Part shown: one piece after another, positions 54,798 through 64,000 of the stretch
How positions within the stretch are numbered: the stretch's first letter is position 1
Layout of the letters: the number at the start of each line of letters is the position of its first letter
Assembly (NCBI GenBank): GCA_951406725.2
Contig: OX597820.1
Location: 53,506,001 to 53,570,000 of the forward strand
Reading direction: 5' to 3'
From: Octopus vulgaris
Taxonomy: Eukaryota
DNA length: 64,000 bases
Made by a program: the position numbers and the translations under genes
Notes under the pieces: generated by a model
Told to the model about the DNA's origin: nothing
What the model saw: only the letters and a program-made list of their open reading frames with translations
Database searches by the model: none

Positions 54798-55179
54798 TGG
54801 AAGCACTCCGTCGGTTACGACGACGAGGTTTCCGGTTGATCCGATCAACGGAACAGCCTGCTCGTGAAATTAACGTGTAAGTGGCTGAGCACTCCACAGA
54901 CACGTGTACCCTTAACGTAGTTCTAGGGGATATTCAGCGTGACACAGAGAGTGACAAGGCCGGCCCTTTGAAATAGATGTACAACAGAAACAGGAAGTAA
55001 GAGTGAGAGAAAGTTGTGGTGAAAGAGTACAGCAGGGATCACCACCATCCCCTGCCGGAGCCTCGTGGAGCTTTAGGTGTTTTCGCTCAATAAACACTCA
55101 CAACGCCCGGTCTGGGAATCGAAACCGCGATCCCACGACCGCGAGTCCGCTGCCCTAACCACTGGGCCATTGCACCTCC
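54798..55179 (-). mobile_element. SINE family C, tail type b
   Basis: Same head and body as tail-a copies, diverging after CTTTCTCTCACTCTT. Confidence 0.88.
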
Positions 55180-55445
55180 ACACGCACATACATACACATA
55201 TGATGTACATACATCGTATCAAACCTAAATATACATAAATCGTAACTGAGATTTACAGTTGCCTTATTTTAAACGTTTGAACAATTACTAAGCACAAAGT
55301 ATCGATTCAAGAACCTTCATCAACTAATAAACTATATACAACTAGAAAAGAAAGTAATATTTCAAACGCAGCATAGCCGTGAAAACAGTAGAAAGATTGG
55401 GTATTATTATGCTTATAAGATAGAGAAAAAAAAGTATTATCAACA

Positions 55446-55517
55446 GACAGCTACGCGACTCGAACCAGCAACTCTTGGATGCTGACCGAGTGCGCTACCA
55501 TTAAGCTGAACAGCCCA
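55446..55517 (-). pseudogene. tRNA-Ala(AGC)-like pseudogene or SINE head
   Basis: Minus strand GGGCTGTTCAGCTTAATGGTAGCGCACTCGG-TCAGCAT-CCAAGAGTTGCTGGTTCGAGTC; A/B boxes present, stems imperfect. Confidence 0.45.
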
Positions 55518-55621
55518 CTAAGCAATAGTCTCCCTCAAATTAAGCGCTACATACACTTTTGGAATGCAAAAATACCCTAAGCGACGAATGTATATCGCAT
55601 TATGCTGACAAGAAAATAATA

Positions 55622-55904
55622 TGGCATTCTTTCGATTATAACTCGACAAAATCAAGATATTTCACTTTGGGTATTTCCGTGGAAGCAAATGACAGTTCGA
55701 TTCTGTTTTCTGCTTGGAAATTTGTGGATTTTACATGCACACATGAAACAGCTAAGAACAAATATGCAAGGCTTTTTTTCTTTTTTCTTCAAGTTTAAAA
55801 TGACATATTTCTGGCAAAATTTCGTTATATCTATGCTCCACAACCCACGGAAATACCCAAAGTGGAATGTTTTGATTTTGCCGAGTTATATCGAAGGAAT
55901 GCCA
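55622..55904. mobile_element. MITE with ~60-bp terminal inverted repeats
   Basis: 55622-55682 (TGGCATTCTTTCGA...GTATTTCCGTGG) is inverted at 55845-55904 (CCACGGAAATAC...GAAGGAATGCCA). Confidence 0.8.
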
Positions 55905-57034
55905 ATAGTATTTCAAACGCAGTATAGCCTTGAAAACAGCAGAAAGCTTACATTCTGTTTTATATATTTAATGCATAAATGTTCGCTGAGATTATGTGAC
56001 CTTCTTAACTGGAGTCGGTTGCAATTCCTGGCAGAAATCTTTTACATCATGCCACGAAGCGAAGAGGATCACAACAAAGTAAGTATTTGTCCGCTATAAT
56101 ATTTTATACCGCTCGTGAAGGGTACGTTAAACAGCGACAACACAAACAATAACATGCCTATTCATTCACAATACGTTCTAGCATATTCAAATGAGAATAT
56201 CTGATCGATGTTATTTTCCGCCTTCGGAGAACACCACCTGTCTTTAGGCAATTTCTATTCATAACAAAAGCGATGTAAAGGGTGTAAAGGGGACTTTGAG
56301 ACGTCGCAGTGTTTCAACTTTATTTTGTTTCCTCAGTGAAAGCTAAATTGGACCGATGAATTCAACAAGAGTTCACAGTCATGTTCATAGAAATCAGCAA
56401 ACAAAATATTTACTGATGTGTACTGGTACCTGCCAAACCGATAATTCATAAACTGCACGCATGCACGAATGCAAATTATAGCGTATCTCTTCATTCTGCA
56501 TCCGTTCTGGTAGTTTCGGATGTGAATATCTAACCGTTGTTGTTTTTCGACATGAGAGACTAAACTCTCTTTAGACGTGGTGTGTTTATAATATTCACGA
56601 TTCATTGATGTAAGGGGACTTTACCCCGAACCGATAAATTTAACAATAACACGACTCTTCTTGAAGGCAATCAGCGAACAAATTATTTGTTGATGCGTGC
56701 CACTGTAGAGTCTAAATCTTACGCCGATCCTAATCATTTAATAACGCTTCATTGCTACTTGTACAAAATTTTTACACTTCGACAGATGTTTGTTTTCTCT
56801 CATCGCATGACTCCTGACTTTTAAATTGCCACAATTGCATTTTTCAGAAAGTCACATGTTTAAAATATATTTTCATAAGCACTGGGATGGCTGTGTGATA
56901 AGAAGTTTGCATCCCAAATACATAGTTCCGGGTTTAGTTCCACTGTATGGTGCATTCACCAAATCTCTTATACTTTATCCTCCAGTTCTCCAAAAGGGTA
57001 GGTTTGGAATTCGGAAACTGAAAGAGCGTGACGT

Positions 57035-57095
<61 letters not shown>

Positions 57096-57110
57096 TACAC
57101 ACATATATAC

Positions 57111-57190
<80 letters not shown>

Positions 57191-57237
57191 ATATGTATAT
57201 ATATATGTATATATGTATATATATATATGTATATATG

Positions 57238-57292
<55 letters not shown>

Positions 57293-57499
57293 ATGTCTGT
57301 GGTCGGTACGGTACCCCACTGTTTGCACACCACTCATTTTACACAGTTCTACTTTAGTATGACTTTGTTTTGTTCGTTGGAGTTATTTTCATTTTTCATT
57401 ATTATTTAACGTCTACAGGAACACTACCTTATTGTTTCCGTTTTATATATATGTAAATATAGATGTGTGTATGTGTGTGTGTGTATGAGTGTGTGTGTA

Positions 57500-57540
<41 letters not shown>

Positions 57541-57950
57541 AAGAAGGCGTGTGTATTTTGCGAGAGTGACAACATGTCTACGTATATATGTGTGTGAGAG
57601 TATACGCGTGCGTGCATATGAGAGTAGATTTGGAAAACGGAAACTTGAAAGGCCCGTCATATATGTGTGTCTGTCTGTCTGTCTGTGTCTCTGTGTTTGT
57701 CCCTTACCACCACTTGACAAACGGTGTTGGTGTGTTTAAGTCCTCTAACTTAACGGTTCGCCAAAAGACATAGAATAATTACAAGGCCTTACAAAATATA
57801 AGTACTGATGTTGATTTGTTCGACTAAAATTCTCCAAGGTAGTGCCCCAGCATGGCCGGAGTCTGATGACTGAAACAAGTGAGAGATAGCAGATAAAAAT
57901 ACATATATTGCTGTTACATTAATATTTTGATGCTTCCCTATCATTATAAT

Positions 57951-58240
57951 GGAGGCGCAATGGCTCAGTGCAGCGGACTTGCGGTCGGAGGATCGCAATT
58001 TCGATTCCCAGACCGGTCGTTGTGTGTGTTTATTGAGCGAAAACACCTAAAAGCTCCACGAGGCTTCGTCAGGGACTGGTGGCGACCCCTGTTGTACTCT
58101 TTCGTCACAAGTTTCTCTCACTCTCACTTCCTGTTTCTTGAGTAACGCTGCGATGGACTGGCGTCCCGTCCAGCTGGGGGGTACACATACGCCACAGAAA
58201 CCGGGAAACCGGGCCCACCCAGGCTTGAAAAGGGCGACGT
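57951..58240 (+). mobile_element. SINE family C, V-domain-like tail c
   Basis: Family C head and body plus GCGATGGACTGGCGTCCCGTCCAG tail. Confidence 0.85.
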
Positions 58241-58736
58241 TTATCGTTTTATCACTATAATAAATTCACTCTCCAGCAACGATCTCTCGCAAAAATATAA
58301 TCTTGTTATCGAATATTTTATTTGCTCATTATAAATTCGCCATATTCTGTCATCTCAGCTTGGTTTTTCCTATCACTGCGTCTACGCAGCTCTTCATACA
58401 CATGCGTGTGAACGTGTGTGTGTATTATATTGACTATTCAACGACGTCACCAAGCTACGCCGTGATTTCTAAGCATGCTGGTTGTCTTTCAGCATCGGTT
58501 TACAATTGCTGAGATGTGAACACGCTCTTGTAATACCTTCCTCTCTCACTCACATTCTCAAACCAATTGCACTCCATGACAGTATTTATTTTTCATCTTT
58601 TACTTTTTAAATCCATATTTTTATCATATCCTCACTTTTTATCTTCAATAACATTTCTTGTCTTTGTATACTTTACTGGATTTATAATCGTTTCAATAAC
58701 TTTAGATTTTACAGATAGATAGATAGATAGATAGAC

Positions 58737-58823
<87 letters not shown>

Positions 58824-59764
58824 CAAGCAGGTAGGTAGGTAGGTAGGTACGCATGCATGCATCTTATACGCAAATCCAATTAACACAGCGAAAGCGATAC
58901 TTGACCAAATTTATTGAAATATATTTAAGCAAACAGTAAACTTAAGAGACCTGACATACATGTGTCTTCCAGTATTCTTATGTGATAGATCGTCAAGTAC
59001 ACTCGTAGAATCTTCAAATGAGACAGTTTTCTAAGTGAATGTGAACTAAATAATAATTCCTATATATTTTAAAGGAGGCATTACAAAATTAATAAATGAC
59101 TTACTATTAAAGATATAGATTTTTACTTTCCGTAGACCTAAAATTCGATGCCTGAAATGGGGAGAGAACCCAGTAGACAAAATCAGTGCGAAGAGTGCTT
59201 ACGCAGAGGTGTTTGCGGCTTTATGGAAATATACTTGTATATTTGATGAAAAAATTAACGCATAGCTGTGTAGTTAAAAGTTTGCTTCCCAGTTACATAG
59301 TTTCGGGTTCAGTCCTACAGCGTGCCACCATGGGCAAGTTTTTTCGACTATAGTTCAAAGCCAATCAAAACTTTATTTCTTGATTTTGTGAATAGAAACT
59401 GAAAGAAGCTCATTATATATGTGGATGTGTATATGTGCATTCGCGTATGTGTGTGTGTGTGTGTGTGTGTGTGTCTTCCTGTCTGCGTCTGTTCCATTCC
59501 ACCGCTTGACAATTGATGTTCGTTTATTTACGTGTCCCGTAACCCAGCGGATCAGCAAAAGAAATCGATCGAATAAACACCAGGCTTTAAAAACTAAGCA
59601 CTGAATTCGATGTGTTGTTCTGACGAAAATTCTTTGAGGTAATGCTCCAGTATGACGGAAGTCCAAGGACTGAAAAAATATAAAAGATAAAAGATACCAG
59701 ATCTCATGAGAGATTATCTTAGCCTTGTGACAGAAAACAATTTCTATTATGGAAGAAAGCGAAG

Positions 59765-59852
59765 TACAGTAATGCCTCGATTCACGAGGTAATTTGTTCC
59801 CGGAAACCGCTCGTAAAACGAAAACTCGTAAAGCAAAGCAATAATTTCTCAT
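59765..59852 (+). mobile_element. Tigger/pogo-like left end fragment
   Basis: TA-CAGTAATGCCTCGATTCACGAG resembles pogo/Tigger TIRs; interrupted by a SINE. Confidence 0.5.
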
Positions 59853-59859
59853 AGTTGCT

Positions 59860-60143
59860 GAGACCCTCTTCAGTCATGACTGACCATGGGATTGCACCTA
59901 GAAAGTTACCCTCCCAGGCACAAGTCCGCGCAAGGTTGTTTTTTATGGAAGACCAGCAGTCGCCCATGCATACCGGCCTCCCCTCTCCACGCCAACGATG
60001 TCATCCAAGGGAAAAAGGCAAAGGCCGATACAGCTTGGCACCTGTGATGTCGCAACTCATTTCTACAGCTGAGTGAACTGGAGCAACGTGAAGTAAAGTG
60101 TCTTGCTCAAGAACACAACACGCAGCCCGGTCCGGGATTTGAA
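59860..60143 (-). mobile_element. SINE family D, 5'-truncated and colinear
   Basis: Contains both halves seen at 3132-3470 in normal order. Confidence 0.88.
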
Positions 60144-60304
60144 ATCTTTGTTAACCATTGTATTTGTTTGCTTTTTACACGTTTAACCTCACTGTCCGTC
60201 GTCTGTCTATCGTCATCTATGTTTTGTGCTTGGCCCTGGGGGCCAACAAAGAAAGTATTATTATTGTTGTTGTCGTTGTTGTTGTTGTTATCATTGTTAA
60301 TATT

Positions 60305-60486
60305 AAGGCTGCGAGCTGGCAAAATCGTTAGTACACTGGACGAAATGCTGAGCATTATTTCGCCCGCTGCTATGTTCTGAGTTCAGATTCCGGCGAGATA
60401 GACTTTGCTTTTCATCCTTTCTGGGTTGATAAATTAAGTATTAGTCAAGTACTTAAATTCCAGGGCTTGTGCCTACAGTTGAAAGG

Positions 60487-60545
<59 letters not shown>

Positions 60546-61000
60546 AGGGGGCGAGCTGGCAGAATCGTTAGCACGCCGGGCGAGATGCTTAGCAGTATTT
60601 CGTCTGCCGCTACGTTCGAAGCTTAAAATCCCACCGTGGTCCACTTTGCCTTTCATCCTTTCGGGGGTCAATAAATTAGGTACCATTTGAATTCTGGTGT
60701 CGATATGATTGTCTCATCCCCTCCCTCAAAATGGCTACCCTTGTGTCAAACTTTGAAACCATTATTATTAGTACTGTTGTTGTTGCTGTTGTTGTTGTCG
60801 TTGTTCTTGTTCTTGTTCTTGATTTTTGTTGTTGTTAGTTCTAAATATAATTCCTGTGGACATCAAGTTTACCGTTCATCTACCAGGTATCGATAAAATT
60901 AAGTGCTAGTCAAGCACTGGTTCGATATAATTGACCGGTATCACCCTCTACACCCAAATATTTCTGACCTTGTACCTACCTAAAAAAATCAGTACTATCA
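60305..61000 (+). mobile_element. Cluster of three diverged family A SINEs separated by (TTA)n/(TTG)n
   Basis: Heads at ~60305 and ~60545, with a third remnant at ~60835. Confidence 0.75.
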
Positions 61001-61300
61001 TTTATCAGCAGCATTGTCAGCATTAGATTTATTACAAATATTGCGTGTGCATATGCATATGTTACCACGTATGCGTGTTAGTGTATGTATGTGTGCCTCT
61101 GTGTTAGTAGCGTAGTGGATGTTTTTGGACAGTTTGAATTACCAGCATAGGTTATGGATATGTGATGGCGGAGAGAGGTCTAGGCAGAATTTGGAGAAAC
61201 GTGTGAACGATAGGCGACTGGTTTAACTGATGCAAGCCACAGATATTCACTACATCAATCTCATCGATTGACATTTTGAGGGAAAATGAAAATATATAAT

Positions 61301-61345
<45 letters not shown>

Positions 61346-63394
61346 AAATGAAACTTTCTGATCCTTCAGAACCAAATAGTGAGAAAAAAAAATTGACATT
61401 GCGAGAAACGTTGTACGAAAAAAATATATTTCAAGGAGAGAGAAAGTACAAATAATTGGTGTACTGGGGTGGTGAGGGATCGAAACCGTATGTGAAGAGA
61501 TGACTTCTTCATTCTGTTCAATGAGTCAACAGCACTAGAAGCTGAGGAAGCTGAGCTACTCCACTTAGAATGGTCGGACCACTCAAGTTTGCTACTTCAG
61601 TTCTATTTTAATCAATATCTGCTGACGGCCTTACACACAAAATAAAAATAGAAGGCAACATAGAAATCTTGTCTGATTCTATGAGTTGTCGTTGTTGAGG
61701 CTGTCGTTTTTGCTTTTATACGTTTTGCTTTCGCGCAAATCTAGAGTAGTATGACAATGATGATGATGATCATCATTATCATCATCATGACAACGACGTC
61801 GATAACGATGAGGTGGAGGAGGTGGCTGGGGATGAAAATGATTAAATGATTACAATTGTGATGTTCATTATAATGACAATAAGGATAAGGATATTAATAC
61901 TTAATAGTACTTGTCATAATACGATCAATTTTATGTATTTAAAATGGCGACTGTGCTAATGGCAGTCGATTTCTCTTCGTTTTTTTTTGTGTGGGTTGAT
62001 TCGAGGTAGAGTCTAGCGAATCCGGCTCGGTGATAGTATTAAATCGTTTGTGGAGATAGTAAGGTATCGCGAGCTTGATTCATCGATGATATATCCTTTC
62101 ATCACTTGTATCCGTTTTGGCTCTTCATCGACTGTTATAGGATATAGTGGAATTGAGAGACAATAACCCTGTAATGTTCTCGGGCAGCACAGAAAACACG
62201 ATAGTCGATACCACTCTGAAGGAATGAGAACTGGTAACTCGAGCACGTATAATCTGAAGACTTAAGATGCTATGGCTGCCAATGCACAAGTATGTACTGA
62301 AGTTGCGACTATTTGCACAATATTTAATAGTGTGGTTGCACATTTTAGGAACATTTTATCTACACTTCCTTGCGTTTATACAGCTGCAGTATTGACTGAA
62401 GAATACAATAAAACTGAACGTTTGCTATGCAGACTTTTGACATATATTCACAATCACCTACCAATAAGGCCTGTAGAATGTCCACAGAAGCCTAGTGGGT
62501 AGCATGTGCGACAATGTATAGACATTTGTAACCAATGATACGCAGCTAGAAACTAAGGTTACGTAGCATCTGCTGGAGTTTCTAAACGTTGATTAGGTGC
62601 GGTCACCTTTCGCTAAACATTTTTATCTTGAGCTGTTTAAGTATAGATTAAGCTTAAGCATCCGAAATTTGCAATTTTGCCAGGCGTTTTAACTTTTCTA
62701 CCAGTCGTATAATGTGGTTAGTAAAATCTCAAGCTTTCTGTTATATAGAAGGTTAATTGCTAGCGTAAGTGGTGGTGTTTTGAGCACAGAAAAATACCAA
62801 TTATGGCAGTCACTGAATGGCTTTGTCACTTTGAGATAAACCCGACGGCAGTTGTATCAGCTCTTGTGTTCAAAACTGAGTGGTCGAACATTGATGATTT
62901 GTAAATTTTTGTCAGACTTTATTATCAGATGCATGATAGGTCGGAATGTCACATGTGTCCTCTCTTTGGAATAGAACTACCGGAATTTTCGTAGATATCT
63001 ATGTCAAAAGAGGTAATGGGATAGACAAGACAGAGGACTGAAGACAGAAATATTCCTTTCTGGCAAAGACCTCATCGAGCTTCTTCCCAAAGTACATGAA
63101 TATATGCATGGAAGTAGAGAAAGAAATGCCACCCACCATTCGACTTACAAAAATGTAGCTAAGTCTGGAGACGATGATCTGGTTGGATATGACTGCTTCG
63201 TGTATAGGGCTCTTGTCGGAGGTTGTAAGTGGGATGATGTACTTATACTACTTTATGCTACTGAGTAATCATGGCAATCTGGGGTATTTGAAGGGTTTTC
63301 TGATTAACGCCTGGATGTAGTTTGATGGTCATATATTTTTTCCTCTTAATTCAGCAATTAGTATAGACTATTGTCTATACTAATTAGTCTACTG

Positions 63395-64000
63395 TTGTCT
63401 ATACTAATGAATGCAAGGAGAACGTTTGCCGAGTATTTGATAAATAGAGATGAAGACCTGCTGCAATATGCTACAAAAGATATGGGCGTAAATTCAGATG
63501 AAATGATGGGCAAGGAAGAGTTTAACCAAGAGCTGAGAAGAAAAATGACGACCTTCTTGAAATGAGAATTCATGGACAGTTTGAAAGGAATACACAGGAC
63601 GTTAAGGTTAATACAACATCGTGAGCATAACCTGAGCTAAGTGATTTAAAGTGTTCCACTGAAAGCCTGATCCAACGGTGAGAAAATCAAGAATATTGAG
63701 ATTAATGGATATAAATATCTGGAGATTTTAGAACAAGACAAAATGAAGGAAAGCTTAGGCGAGAATATCTCAGAAGAACCAGATTAATTATGAGAAGTAG
63801 ACTTATGAAAAAAACAGGGTAATGAACACATGGGCTGTTTCCTTAATGCGATATGATGCATGTTCTGTTAGGTGGACAAAGAACAAGCTTGAAGAAATGG
63901 ACACGAAAACTAGAAAAGTGATGAAAATTTACAAGGAACTAAGCCCCAAAAGAGATACTGACAAGCTGTATGTGCTTAGAAAGAGGTGTGGAAGAGGTCT
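63395..64000 (+). pseudogene. Decayed Dong/R4-like RT-region fragments, continuing beyond the window
   Basis: IHGQFER...SDLKCSTESLI at 63560-63675, then GYKYL...EYLRRTRLIMRSRL...NTWAVSLMRY...EMDTKTRKVM...PKRDTDKLYVLRKRCGRG. Confidence 0.78.

Noticed and set aside
62272-63268. 76-aa ORF at 62272 and an ~80-codon open frame near 63035-63268
   Set aside because: No recognisable motif or convincing splice-site pair; cannot be supported without a homology search

Overview
AT-rich, microsatellite-saturated animal genomic DNA. The SINE repertoire is most consistent with a coleoid cephalopod (Octopus-like); this is recognition and inference, not a database result. Only one host coding exon is supported: the terminal exon of a heparan sulfate 3-O-sulfotransferase (HS3ST3/Hs3st-B type, + strand, 17272-17896). 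Its upstream exon is not in the window, so 1-17271 is probably intron. The rest is repeats: at least four tRNA-derived SINE families, decayed LINEs (Dong/R4-like, RTE, CR1/L2-like), Tc1/mariner, hAT-like and Helitron-like fragments, and simple repeats that explain most of the ORF track. The most interesting signal is a set of short, mostly (TA)n-associated, Penelope-like non-autonomous elements carrying minimal hammerhead ribozyme (HHR) motifs. Their core 3-8 pair takes three forms: C3-G8, U3-A8 and a G3-C8 swap, the last inside a TSD-flanked 270-bp palindrome. There is also a tRNA-headed SINE whose tail carries tandem hammerheads, a recurrent permuted GAAA-N23-25-CUGANGA motif, a twin-primed SINE, and SINE multimers joined at one fixed junction. 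All alignments and folds were done by eye, and repeat boundaries are approximate.
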